Shown here piece by piece: positions 1 through 11,879 of a DNA stretch of 64,000 bases. The notes under the pieces are model-generated. The model saw only the letters and a program-made list of their open reading frames with translations, made no database searches and had not been told where the DNA came from. Every line of letters starts with the position of its first letter. Within the stretch, counting starts at the first letter, position 1. Source of the DNA: Malacoraja senta (taxonomy: Eukaryota); assembly GCA_038087875.1 (NCBI GenBank), contig CM075998.1:1862001-1926000 (forward strand), in the 5' to 3' direction. The position numbers and the translations under genes were made by a program.

Positions 1-519
1 TACGTTGGACTCCAGCATTAATGAGAATGGGAATACTCTGAGAGCTATCTCTTCCCAATAGCTCTATTATCATCTACCACCATTCACAACCAGATGTTGC
101 AGCCCTGAGGAGCTTAGATCGTTGGACTTGTAACTGTTTACTCGGTCTATTGCATGCTGTTCAGCATGCATCTGCGGCAACTTAGATGGATTGGCACCTA
201 GGTATACCCAAGTCAGTGCAACTTCAGCTATGTCCTTAATATACTCCTTATTGGACCTGGATTAGTCCTTTGGCTTAATGATAGAAATGCCAAGCCACAA
301 GTTTACAGATTGTGAATGCAATTCTGCAATTCTGCTGCTGCTCATAATGATTAAACAAAAGGACGATCAGTTTTGAGCTGAAAGATGTCCTCTGTTGTTT
401 CTATTGTCAGGATGTGAACGTCATAAGCAAGACCAACATTTAACATCTATCCCGAATTGCCATTGAAATGAATTTCGGTGAGCAGTTAGGTCAATCACAT
501 TGGTGTGGGTTTGGAATCA

Positions 520-620
520 CAAGACTAAGTAAAGACTAAGTAAATCACAAGATTAAGTAAAGACTAAGTAAATCACTAAGTAATCACAAGACTAAGTAAA
601 GACTAAGTAAAGACTAAGGC
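520..620. repeat. Short tandem repeat (AAGACTAAGTA-type 11-mer units interleaved with AATCAC)
   Basis: Several consecutive imperfect copies of aagactaagta are visible directly. Confidence 0.8.
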
Positions 621-673
621 TTACTCTTCTAAAATATATGAATTAACTGGGTACCTTTGTCATCTCTTCTGAA

Positions 674-728
674 ATATTGTTCGTTAACTTTATCAAGATT
701 AATATTGTTCGTTAACTTTATCAAGATA
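674..728. repeat. Tandem duplication of aatattgttcgttaactttatcaagat
   Basis: Two adjacent identical 27-nt copies. Confidence 0.85.
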
Positions 729-829
729 TAATAATTCAGAAATATGCTGACACTTAAAACATTTTCCAAATTCAAGACTTCAAAATTTAAGGGATTTTAT
801 TAAATATATTCTCATCTTTCTATCATAAT

Positions 830-1150
830 GGATGTCTGCCACCAAAGGCCTCCTGGCAGCTTCTTTGGGGCTGGCCACTTCAATAACTGGCACTGGCCAC
901 TCAAATCAGCCACCCCGGACATGTTTATGATTGGTCTTACTGTATTTTAACGTTGTTTGTATCTATTTTAACTTATACTGTTCCATCAGGGACTGGATTG
1001 TTTTAGTGTTGTTATTATTATTATTATGTGAAATGTTTTAAACGTCATGTGCGATGCTCCGGTATTCCCTGGGAAACGTCTTTTCGTTTTGCACTGCACA
1101 ACTGTTGCTTGCAAGATGACAATAAAGGAATTGAATTGAATTGAATTGAA
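830..1150 (+). mobile_element. 3' end of a non-LTR retrotransposon (Rex1/Babar-like UTR) with (GAATT)n tail
   Basis: Ends in gacaataaagg followed by (aattg)n, the same architecture as other LINE tails in the window. Start is approximate. Confidence 0.5.
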
Positions 1151-1813
1151 CACCTGCCACAACTGTTTCTTACCTTACTCTGTGGTAGAAAGTTTTACCA
1201 GGGTGGAAGGCTAGTGCCAGGCAAGTAACTGGTTTACTTGGATATCCAGTAATATAGGCAAATTCAGACAGAAAAGGAGAGGACATCATAATCCAATTTT
1301 GTACCAGCCACAAGAATTTGACTCTTATTTTGAAAGATTTCTGCTGTTAGTCAATTGAATTTATAATAAAAATAGCACATAATTAATTTTCTTCTCTTGG
1401 GTGCTCAAGTAATTTAATATTGATCTCCTTTTATTCAGTTGGCGTAATTATTTGACGTTCTTAACTTTTTTCAAGTAATTTAACAGTTTTCCCCTCCTGA
1501 TGAAAATAAATAAGTCAGAGTCCAGTCATTATTTTTTCTGGAATGAGTAAGGAGGTTTAGCACATTCATATGGTTTCCTCTGTCCATTGTTTAATGGAAA
1601 AGTAACCAATTTAGCAAATAAGAGAAAGTCATGTCAATTAAATAAGGAACTTCATTCTTCTTTACTGGTGTTTGTGAAGTGTTCACATTGAAATTCCACA
1701 TCTTCATTCAAATCATACAGAGCACAGCATGATTAAGTTGAAGTATTTGAATGCTGACATGGCAATTTCGATCTGACCCTTTGGACTTTGGAAAACATGC
1801 ATTACCCTTGCAG

Positions 1814-2030
1814 ATAGACACAAAATGCTGGAGTAACTCAGCGGGACAGGCAGCATCTCTGGATAGAAGGAATGGATGACGTTTCGGGTCGAGACCCTTC
1901 TTCTTCTGAAGGGTCTCGACCAGAAACATCACCCATTCCTATCCAGAGATGTTGCCTGTCCCGCTGAGTTACTCCAGCATTTTGGGTCTATCTTTGGTGT
2001 AAACCAGCATCTACAGTTCCTTCCTACACT
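1814..2030. mobile_element. Penelope-derived palindromic short repeat
   Basis: Inverted pair of the unit gacacaaaatgctggagtaactcagcgggacaggcagcatctctgg...gagacccttc, centred near 1905. Confidence 0.8.
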
Positions 2031-4140
2031 ATTAGCCTACTTTGTCACTGACCAACAATAAAATAGATGAAGTTGCTGGCCCCACTGAATGGAGAAGCTA
2101 CGGCCTTGGTCTCCCCATGGACGGTGAACTGGGTAATGCTGTAAATGGCGACAGAGCTGGTATGTAAGGAACCTGATACACAAGAACTGATAGCCACTGC
2201 CAGTGCAGCACACTTCGCAACTTTTCATGAAGGAGGTGCTGCTACTTTATCAATTTCTATATTCCAAGCCTTCTTTGGCATGCCTCCACTGTCACTGAGC
2301 ACGTTAGTGGTCTGCTGCAATTGCCCTTTCACATCACAGGTAATCTGTTACTGAGCTGGCTCTGTCCTCCTTTGCAAAATTCAGCACTGCCAATGCATGG
2401 AGGAAAGGTTTCATGGAGGTCAAATACCAAGAAAATTACTTACCTTGAAGTGAAGCTTCCAACTTCCTCTCTGCTGTCTCATCCTTCTCTATCCATCAGA
2501 GATGACAATGCAATTTTTCCAGCATCGTCAGGCAAGTCCCTTTCAAATATTTTGAATCTCAATTCGTGGGCCACATAATTTGACAATGTTAGCACTCTTT
2601 TCCTTTTTACCTATCAGGAATGAGGTCAGATCTGGGAACATGTGGTCTGCATGCCCTATACCACACTCCTGAGACTTGACTACCATGGTTGTACAGCTTT
2701 ATGCCGATATCAATATCCATTCCTATTATCTCAGGAACCACAGGAAAACATGGAGTTCAGTTGAGGCTAAAGTGCTTGTGAGCTATTCATCAGACCCCTG
2801 CACTTCACTGGTCCCCTCCCCCTTGCAAGAAGGATGAATGTTCAGAAGGGGCTGGGGGGAAGGATGGGATTTAATAAAAAATAGTGTTTGCTTATGTGTG
2901 TAAATAAAATCTGCCCGGCATTGCTGTCTGCACAATTATTTTTGTCTTAAAGTTGTGCAGCTTCAATCACCAGGTTTATAAATTATTTATTGAAGTGTTG
3001 AAGGGAATTGTAAATACCTATTTAATATTAAAACTCTCTTTTTTTTAAATTGAAATTTTCTGATGGTACTAAAATGTTTAATTTTTGCTGGCAACTTCCT
3101 TTGGGTAATTTATTTAATCCAATCCTGATTTAAAGACTGAGAATCAACCCTGAAGACTCATATTCTGTGTCATCTCTTTACATAATCATTTGACCTGTGA
3201 CCCCCTGGGGTCAGTCTGTCATTTTTAAAAGCCTTAGCGGGTCCCTTTTGCTGTCTGCCAGCATCTTTAGTGATCAATCATGGAGGTGCTTGTTACTCTC
3301 CTGTGGGCAAATCCGAAAGCCCGGCAGCAGCCAAGCGTGCAAGAAGTGAGCACAGAGCAATCACTCTGCCTCGTCAGACGTTTAGCCCTAATGAAAGGGT
3401 TAGCCAGTGAAAACAAGCTCAGAATTAATTGACTGCTTCCCAGTCTACCTGATTCTGGCATGCATAACTAAAGCTCTGTCCTGTGCAACTGTGCAGAATA
3501 CAAATTCATATTTAAAAACATGTGCAAATTAATAACATTAAGGATCGTACTTTAAGCGGTACTGCAGTCTCTGCATTCTTCTCGAACAGTCTTGCACAAG
3601 GGGCATTTAACTGCGCCTGCCCTTACACCTAAATCACAGAAATCCTTCTTTGTGCTTAATCTATCAGTAAAGCTATCTATCAGCAGGATTGGTCTTTGAG
3701 ATCCACTCAAAACTACATATAAAGAAGCACTCATGTGCAGGCAAAAGGATCACAGGATCAGCTTTCAACCTGCTCCTTTCTACGATCCTGTTTTAAAAGG
3801 CTTTATTCACTTATCTTGGGTGCCATTGTTGCTGAGATCGAGATGAATTATTCGGTTGCAGCAAAAGGACAGCAGCATCTTCAACAACTGGTTTTAGAAG
3901 ACATTATTAGAAAGCACCAGGCCAGAAGAGTCTGCGGAAAGGAAGCAATACCCAGCTTATTATAAAGTACTGACCAAGATCTTTTGGATCTACTGAAAAA
4001 TCATAGTGTCCTTCTCCAACAGGTCTTCTGCAGACCAGTTTGTAGACTAATGCAGCCTGCTGCAAAAGGAACTGCTGCCTGCAGTTCAAGGAGGCCATGG
4101 TTTTCCAATAGCTCTGAATGTCACCAGAAGTCTTACTGCC

Positions 4141-4409
4141 TTGACCACCAAGTCCGCACCAACCAGCGATCCCCAAACACTAACACTATCCTACGCACCA
4201 GCTACAATTTACAATCCTTACCAAAGCCAATTAACCTATAAACCTGCACGTCTTTGGAATGTGGGAGGAAACCGGAACACCCCGGCAAAGCCCACGCGGT
4301 CACGGGGAGAACGTACAAACTCCGTACAGACAGCACCCGTGGTCAGGATCGAACCTGGGTCTCTGGCGCCGCAGGGCAGCAACTCTATCGCTGCGCCACC
4401 ATGCCACCC
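4141..4409 (-). mobile_element. tRNA-derived SINE (HE1/V-SINE-like)
   Basis: On the minus strand: A-box tggcgcagcg, B-box ggttcgatcc, central ggtttcctcccaca...aaagacgtgcaggtt domain. Matches about 10 other copies in the window. Confidence 0.85.
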
Positions 4410-4921
4410 CCTCGAATGACATCCACAATAGGCCCACCATGGACATTTACCCCCTCTACCACAAGCTCACTACTGTGTTTATCATCTAAAAATACATTCT
4501 AACAACTCACCAAAGCTTGCTCAACGCCTCACAAACTAATGACCGACCATCAAGAAGAGCCGGGCCAAAAGTAGGAGTGTAGGAATGCTGCCAAGTGCAA
4601 GTTCCATTCCAAAACACACATGCTTATAAATATATCACAATTCCTTCTGTGTCACTGTGAATAAATCCTGGAACTACCTGCCCAACAGCACTGTGGGACC
4701 ACATTCACAACACAGGCCACAGCAGTTCAAGGGTAGCAGCTCACAATTCCCACCTAAAGGGCAATTAGGGGACATAGGTTGAAGGTGAGAGGGGAAGATT
4801 TTTATCGGAATCTGAGGGGCAACCTTTTCACATAGAGCAGGGGCTCCCAACCTTTTTCATCCCGTTTACACCAAGCAACTTTAATAGCACATAACAATGT
4901 TATTCACTTATTTATGAACAT

Positions 4922-7060
4922 GTGGCGGTCCTCGGCCACCGCGTGACTCCACAAGGGGTGGTGCCTCTGCCAGTCAAGGTGGACGCTATCCGCAGGTTCC
5001 CCCGTCCGACCACAGTTAGGGGCCTACAAGAATTCGTGGGGATGGTCACTTTCTATCACCGCTTCCTGCCGGCAGCGGCCGCAGTCATGCGTCCGCTGTT
5101 CCAGCTGATTGCTGGTCATCGCAGGGAGGTTGAGTGGTCCGCGGAAGCATCAGCGGCTTTTGATAGGGCTAAGCAGGCACTGGCTGAAGCCACCATGCTC
5201 GTCCACCCACGGGAGAACGCCCCGACCGCCTTGACGGTAGACGCTTCTGAGATTGCGGTTGGGCCAGTGTTGGAGCAGCTCGTCGATGGATACTGGCGGC
5301 CATCTGGCAGGCATCTCAGTGGTGCTCAACGCCGTTACAGTGCTTTTGACCGCGAGCTCCTTGCCCTATATCTCGCTGTACGCCATTTCCGCTATTTCCT
5401 GGAGGGGAGGCTGTTTACTGTGTTTACGGACCATAAGCTGTTAACCTTCGCGTTCGCCAAGGTTTCAGACCCGTGGTCTGCCCGGCAGCAGAGGCAGTTG
5501 GCGTATGTGTCCGAATACACAACCTCCATCCGGTTCGTTGAGGGCAAATTCAACAAAGTGGCCGATGCCTTATCTAGACCTGCAGTCAACGCGGTTCTCC
5601 AAGTCGCCGAGGGGATCAATTATTCCGCCCTAGCAGCCGCTCAGTTGGTCGACGAGGAGATGTCCGCTTATCGTACGGCAGTTTCGGTCCTGCAGTTGGA
5701 GGACGTTGTCTGTGGTCCTGGGGGTGCAACGCTGCTGTGCGATGTCTCCTCTGGGGTTCCGCGACCCATTGTCCCCATCGCCTGGCGGCGCAGGGTGTTT
5801 GAGGTGCTCCATGGGCTTGCGCATCCCTCCATCCGGGCGACAACGGCCCTGGTGGCCTCCCGTTTCATGAGGCACGGACTGCGAAAGGGGGTTGGACACT
5901 GGGCGCGCACCTGCATCTCGTGCCAGACCGCCAAGGTGCAACGACACGTTCGCGCGCTGTTGCCGGAGTTCCCCATTCCAAGGCAGCGTTTCGACCACAT
6001 TCACGTGGACATCGTGGGGCCGCTGCCGTCGTCCCAGGGCATGACCTACCTATTCACCGTTGTGGACCGCTTCACGCGGTGGCCTGAAGCCATCCCACTA
6101 CCGAATTCTGCAACGACTACTTGCGTTCGAGCCTTGGTGGCGCATTGGATCGCCAGGTTCGGAGTGCCACTGGACATAACTTCCGACCGGGGGCCTCAGT
6201 TCACGTCGGAGCTGTGGGCGGCCATGGCACGTCTCCTGGGTGTTCGTCTGCACCACACGACGGCGTACCACCCGCAGGCGAACGGCTTGGTGGAGCGGTT
6301 TCACCGTCAACTTAAGGACGCCCTGAAGGCACGGCTCAAGGATCCGGACTGGGTGGACTATCTGCCGTGGGTTTTGCTGGGGATCCGCACCGCACCCAAA
6401 GAGGACTTAGCCTCCTCCTCCTCCGCCGAGTTGGTATATGGGTCTCCGTTGACGGTGCCCGGGGAATTCATCCCGTCGGCACGTGGTCAGGCGGAGCAGC
6501 CTTCGGACGCTCTACAACGTCTTCGGCACACGGTGGGCAAGTTGGCGCCGGTGCCAACGTCTCGTCATGGGTCTTTCCGTCCCCATGTTCCGCCTGCCCT
6601 GGTGGACTGCCAGTTCGTTTTTCTGCGCAGGGATGCGCATCGGACACCTCTCCAGCGGCCGTACGAGGGTCCCTTTCGGGTACTGGAACATGGCTCATCC
6701 TCTTTCGTCCTGGACATGGGGGGTCGGCATGAGACTGTTTCAGTTGCGCGGTTGAAGCCAGCACATATTGATATCGATCAGCCGGTGTTGGTAGCGCGGC
6801 CTCGTAAGCGAGGGCGGCCTCTGTCTAGGGTACCTCCTCTGGTTACTCGGTCCCATGCACCTGTTGGTCAGTTGCCTGTTCCGGGGCAGGGCATGGTGTG
6901 TACCCGCGCTGGCCGCCGTGTACGGCCTCCTGTCCGTTTCGTGTCTCGGGTACTTGGGGGGGCGTCATGTGGCGGTCCCTGGGGGGTAAGCCACTCCTTG
7001 GATCATCCCCCTCGCCGAGTGAAGGACAGGGGACTGGTCTGCCACGGGGTTTCCAGTTGA
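4922..7060 (+). pseudogene. Gypsy pol fragment: RT C-terminus, RNase H, integrase (HHCC and DDE core)
   Basis: 712-aa open frame. Motifs: LGHRV, VDAS, YSAFDRELLA, FTDHK, N.VADALSR, H..AHP..C..C, IHVDIVGPLP, SDRGPQF, YHPQANGLVERFH, PYEGPF. Lacks gag, protease and the RT YxDD. The frame runs into the 3' LTR. Confidence 0.9.
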
Positions 7061-7178
7061 CCCTGGATTTAGTGTTCTCGAGGTGTGTGTGTGGGGTGCT
7101 CTCGTTGTAAGCATTAAAGTCTGCTAATTGAACCCGTCTGGCGTCTGGCCTTTTACTGACCTCGTTCAGGCCGCTACA
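6968..7178 (+). repeat. 3' LTR (211 bp) of the Gypsy element
   Basis: Begins tgtggcggtcc and ends ggccgctaca (imperfect inverted termini). ATTAAA at 7113-7118. Follows ttgggggggcgtca. Confidence 0.85.
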
Positions 7179-7798
7179 AACAACTAATAATGAACAGATA
7201 CCGGTATACCAGAACCAAACACAGTCAGTCAATGAGAATAAATATGTACAAATCCAGAATCAACAAATTTACCCCCTGGGTCGGCAAAATTTATCCCCTG
7301 GGGGTCAATATACCCCAGGTTGGGAACCCTTGTCATAGAGGGTGGTGGGTATATGGAACAAGCTGCCAGAGGAGGTAGTTATGTCAGATACTACAACGAC
7401 ATTTAAAAGACATTTGGATGAGTACATGCACAGGAAAAGTTTTGAAGGATATGGGCAGGTAGGACTAGTGTAGACTTTGGTCGGCATGGGTAAGTTGGGC
7501 TGAATGGCCTGTTTCCATGCTGTATGACTATGAATCTGGGGATAGGCAATGAATGCTAGCTTTGCAAGTGTTGCTTATTTCCAACATTTAAACGGCAAAC
7601 ATGTCAGAAGCTGCCGATGCTGGTGATGCGTAGAACTTCTTTAACAAGTGAAGTGCTTCAATTTCATCAGTTCTGTTAAAGAGAAACAATGAATGGTGGT
7701 ACGTTAATGTCCTTTGTCCTCCTATCCAGCATCTACCATTTGAAAAAAAATATTTTGCCTAGAGGGACGACTGATACAGTGTAAAACTCTCAACCTAA

Positions 7799-8046
7799 AG
7801 GGCCTGTCCCACTTTCACAACCTAATTCACGACCTCTGCCGAGTTTGCCCTTGACTCATACTCGCAGCATGGTCGTCACAAGGTCGTAGGAGGTCGTAGG
7901 TAGGTCATAGGTAGGTCGTAGCAGGCCGTGATGCTAGTCGTAGGTACTCGTGGCATCAAGTAGGTCGGGGCGTTTTTCTAGCATCATGAAAAATGTCCAC
8001 GAGTAAAAAAGGTCGTGAATTAGGTCGTGAAAGTGGGACAGGCCCT
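7799..8046. mobile_element. PIF/Harbinger-type MITE
   Basis: TIRs of about 38 bp (agggcctgtcccactttcacaacctaattcacgacct), flanked by TAA/TTA. Near-identical copy at 61722-61939. Confidence 0.8.
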
Positions 8047-8512
8047 TTACCCATTTTCCAAATATGTCACCCACAAAAGGTGTCATGATAAGAGACATCT
8101 TTGGGCTATTGTGGTCTTCAATGAATTTTGACTTAAAAATTACATGGGTATCTGAAATATGAATTTTACGTGATACGTCATTTGACAGTCAAAATTAATG
8201 CCGATGAGACAATATTTTAAATGTCAGATTAGATCTTAACCCAGCTCTTAGATTCAAACTCAGGTTTTAAATTAATGTGCCAATCTTGTTTATAAAATTG
8301 AGTAATAGACAGTCATCAAAGTGAGAGATGTAAATGTTAGATAATCATAGAATAGTTCCAACAGAGAAAAAGGCCATCTGGCCCACCAAAATGGTACTCG
8401 CTTCATTGAAGTGAACAACAGCAAGTCCCATTTACTCATCTTCTCCCCACAGCCCAACAGCTCCTTCCTATTAGATATCTATTCAGCTCTCCCCTAAATC
8501 CTGCAATTATAC

Positions 8513-8820
8513 GGTGGCACGGTGGCGTAGTGGTAGAGCTACAGCCTTACAGCGCCAGAGACACGGGTTCGATCCTGACTATGGGTGCTGTCTGTACGGA
8601 GTTTGTACTTTCTCCACATGACCTGCGTCGGTTTTCTCTGAGATCTTCGGTTTCCATCCACACTCCAAAGACGTACTGGTTTGTACGTTAGTTAGCTTGG
8701 TGTAAATGTAAAATTGTCCCTAGTGTGTCTAGGATAGTGTTAATGTGCGGGGATCATTGGTCGGTGTAGACTCGGTGGGCCAAAGGGCCTGTTTCCGTGC
8801 TGTATCTCCAGACTAAACTA
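8513..8820 (+). mobile_element. tRNA-derived SINE (HE1/V-SINE-like), near full length
   Basis: A/B boxes (tggcgtagtgg, gggttcgatcc), central domain, CR1-like tail ggcctgtttccgtgctgtatct plus (taaac). Confidence 0.9.
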
Positions 8821-9358
8821 CCTGCCTTCACTATTACTACTGGCAGTGCATTGCAGATCCTCACCTCTCAGTGTAAAAAGTTTTTTCCTCTGACACTTCA
8901 TTCCATGTCCTCTAATCTTTCATTCCTTCATTCCATGTCCTCTAATCTTGCCCCTCTGACAAGGGGAACAGCTTCTGTCGATATATTCTGTTCATGTTCT
9001 TCGTGATTTTTACCTAACTCTACCGGGTTACCTCATAAATTACTCTGACCAAAGTGGACAACTTCAGCAGCTCCAGACTATCCACAGAACTAACATCCTT
9101 CATCTCTATAGTCATTTTGGTATATCTTCTGCACCTTCTCGAACGCTTTTGTATCTTTCCTAAAGAGTGGTATGCATAACTGGACAAAATACTCAACTTG
9201 TAGCTGAAGCAATGTTTTATAAATAATAATACATTTTATTTATATAGCGCTTTTCAAGGACTCAAAGTCGCTTAAAGGTTCAGTATGACTTCTATTCAAT
9301 CACATTTCATGCCTCTATTTATAAACCCCGTGATCCTATATGCTTTATTAACTATACT

Positions 9359-9667
9359 TATAGATACAGCACGGAAACAGGCCCTATGGCTCACTGAGTC
9401 CGCACCAATCAGCGTTCCCTGCACATTAACATTATCCTACACACACTAGGGACAATTTTTACATATACGCCAAGCCAATTCACCTGCATACATTTACGTC
9501 TTTGGAGTGTGGGAGGAAACCGAAGATCTCGGCGAAAACCCAGTCAGTCACGGGGAGAACGTACAAACTCCGTACAGACTGCACCCATAGTCGGGATCGT
9601 ACCCGGGTCTCTGATGCTTCAAGCGCTGTAAGGCAGCAACTCTACCGCTGCGCCACCGTGACCACCC
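9359..9667 (-). mobile_element. tRNA-derived SINE (HE1/V-SINE-like)
   Basis: Reverse-complement match to the copy at 8513-8820. Confidence 0.88.
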
Positions 9668-11324
9668 TTTATTTCCATAAACTCCATGTTTATGGAGTCT
9701 TACTCTGGATAAACTGGTAGCCACACTTCTGAAGTGTATGAATGACTGGACTTCTGAAGTACTTCTTCATGAATTGATTAGTGCGGCTGTCAGGGGTTAT
9801 GGGGAGAAGGCAGGAGAATAGGGTTAGGAGGGAGACATAGATCAGCAATGATTGAATAGTGGGGTAGACGATGAGCCGAATGGCCTAATTCTGCTCCTAT
9901 CACGTATGAACGTATAAACTTATGAAATACTATGGGATGTTCTGAGGTTGTGAATAAACTATCCTTGAGATATTATACTGTCATTTCTTTTTGTTCCTCA
10001 CTATACTTTCACGGTAAAGAGGTTTCTAGGAACCCAAGTCACTGCGTCCTACCAGCAATATCAGAAACACAAACACTCATTTCCCATCCTCCCAAGTCCT
10101 CTATGTTCTGTAACTTCATCCTTGAATGGACCACCCAAGGTCAAAGACTAAAAGCCCTTCCAGCCCCCGAGTTTGTTGAAGAATATTTTCAGAAAACAAT
10201 TCACTGCGGTGACGGCTGAATAATTGTGACAAACTGGCTGAGGGTGAAGTGATTCATTTGGTTTAAGTGTCATCTGGGAATGTCAATTTCATGTGATGTC
10301 ACATTTGATTGACTCCCAAACCTTCCTGCATGACTGGCAGGTCCCACCATTTTTGCTTCAAGATATTCAGTGAAGAGAAATCATGTCTTAAATAGGGTCT
10401 TGGCATTGAGCAAGTTTTATGCAATTTGCTTTTCTATCATTTAATGTCTGGATAAACTACTTTCTGTACATTTTGAATACACAGTCTGAGAGTGTCGGAG
10501 ATTCTGAGAAATTCCACAATAATCTGAAAAGTGTTTTTTATTCCTTTTTCAGATTCGCCATGGACTTGTTCAAAGATTTAAAATCCAAGGTTAGAACCAC
10601 AGTTAACTTTAATACTCTGGTCACATCCAACCTGTGGTCCTCACCACCATTAACTCACAAGATTGATTGTCACATAGTTGATGGCTGTGGAAACCCACCT
10701 TTCTGTGGGTCAGATGTGCTGTCAGAACAAAGAGTTCCTTTACTCGCCTGTTAATTATTTACTGACTTGGTTCAGTACATCAGCCTGTTAACGTTCTGAT
10801 ACGGTGTTCAAGAGCAGAAAAAAACAGTTGTGCAGGTTTGGGCTAGTTTCCTGATGGTTACACAGAGACCAGTAAACAAAACAACAAGATAAGTACAAAT
10901 GAGCAGCACACTTGAATTCTTTGGAGATCACTGCTATCTTATTGCATGGACTCGAAAGACAAAGCACTATTTAGGACACTATGCAAGCTATGAATGAATT
11001 CTACTCAGCCATGTTTAAGACTCTTTTCATATCAAATGCCATGCCCCTAATTAGTCAAATCTACCACTGAGACACAAATTCAAGCTGACATTTAAATATA
11101 ATTATTTTGATTTATTTAATCAAGCAAATGGCTAGTTCCATTCGCACAGAAACTGGACTGAAGATGGAGAGAGTTGTGTGGACATTGCACAAAGCATGAT
11201 CAAAACTAACTCAACATAACGAAGAGGAACATGATAATTGGCATTTTGGTCTAAAACAGGTTAGATTTATTAATTTACTTTGTCTAAACAGAAATTGGAA
11301 ACTAATACTAGTGTTTGGATACAC

Positions 11325-11560
11325 TTTTTTCACACAGAGGGTTGTGAGTCTGTGGAATTCTCTGCCTCAGAGGGCGGTAGAGGCCGGTTCTCTGGATACT
11401 TTCAAGAGAGAGCTTGATTGGGGGTCTTAAAGATAGGGGATATGGGGAGAAGGCAGGAACGGGGTACTGATTGTGGATGATCAGTCATGATCACATTGAA
11501 TGGTGGTGCTGGCTCGAAGGGCCAAATGGCCTACTCCTGCACCTATTGTCTATTATCTAT
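11325..11560 (+). mobile_element. CR1-like LINE 3' end
   Basis: Encodes FFTQRVVSLWNSLPQRAVEA-like C-terminus, then the 3' UTR ...ggcctactcctgcacctattgtcta. Confidence 0.8.
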
Positions 11561-11567
11561 TGAATAA

Positions 11568-11879
11568 CTTAGCTTAGCTTAGAGATACAGTGTGGAAACA
11601 GGCCCTTCGGCCCACCAGGTCTGTGCCGACCAGCGACCCCCGCTAGCACTCGCACTATCCTAAACAGTAGGGACAATTAATAATTTTTACAGAAGCCAAT
11701 TAACCTACAAACCTGCACGTCTTTGGAGTGTGGGAGGAAACCGGTGCACCTGGAGAAAACCCACGCAGGCCATGGGGAGAACGTACAAACTCCGTACAAA
11801 CAGCACCCGTAGTCAGGATCGAACCGGGGACTCTGGCGCTGTGAGGCAGTAGCTATACTGCTACGCCACCGTGCTGCCC
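11568..11879 (-). mobile_element. tRNA-derived SINE (HE1/V-SINE-like)
   Basis: Full-length reverse-complement copy. Confidence 0.88.

Larger units (their letters stand above)
4921..7178 (+). mobile_element. Ty3/Gypsy LTR retrotransposon, internally deleted
   Basis: TG...CA termini, 4-bp TSD aaca (4917-4920 / 7179-7182), G-rich PPT-like tract before the 3' LTR, pol ORF with RT-end/RNase H/integrase order. Confidence 0.9.
4838..7332. mobile_element. Non-autonomous hAT-type DNA transposon (about 230 bp without its Gypsy insert)
   Basis: 16-bp TIRs caggggctcccaacct (4838-4853) and aggttgggaacccttg (7317-7332), 2 mismatches. 8-bp TSD acatagag (4830-4837) / tcatagag (7333-7340). Confidence 0.85.
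4771..7535 (+). mobile_element. CR1/HER1-like LINE 3' fragment (4771-4837 and 7341-7535) interrupted by a hAT element
   Basis: gaggggcaaccttttcacatagag joins seamlessly to ggtggtgggtatatggaacaagctgccagagg. It ends in ggcctgtttccatgctgtatgactatga. Confidence 0.8.
4590..7585 (+). mobile_element. Old CR1-type LINE 3' end (4590-4770 and 7536-7585) split by later insertions
   Basis: ...cagttcaagg...aagggcaattagggga resumes as tggggataggcaatgaatgctagc after 7536, resembling a shark CR1 3' terminus. Confidence 0.5.

Noticed and set aside
520..620. CRISPR-like array
   Set aside because: There are no unique spacers. It is a simple slippage tandem repeat in a vertebrate genome.
3552..3734. Minus-strand ORF with CxxC pairs (KCPLCK...ECRDC) as a zinc-finger exon
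   Set aside because: It is short, with no recognisable family match, convincing splice sites or partner exons.
4922..7060. Domesticated integrase-derived host gene
   Set aside because: It retains LTR, PPT and TSD, has a GTG pseudo-start created by the deletion junction, shows no splice or promoter context and has lesions in RNase H.
8513..8590. tRNA genes at SINE heads (about 10 copies)
   Set aside because: A/B boxes are present but continue into the SINE body and LINE-like tail, with no complete cloverleaf.
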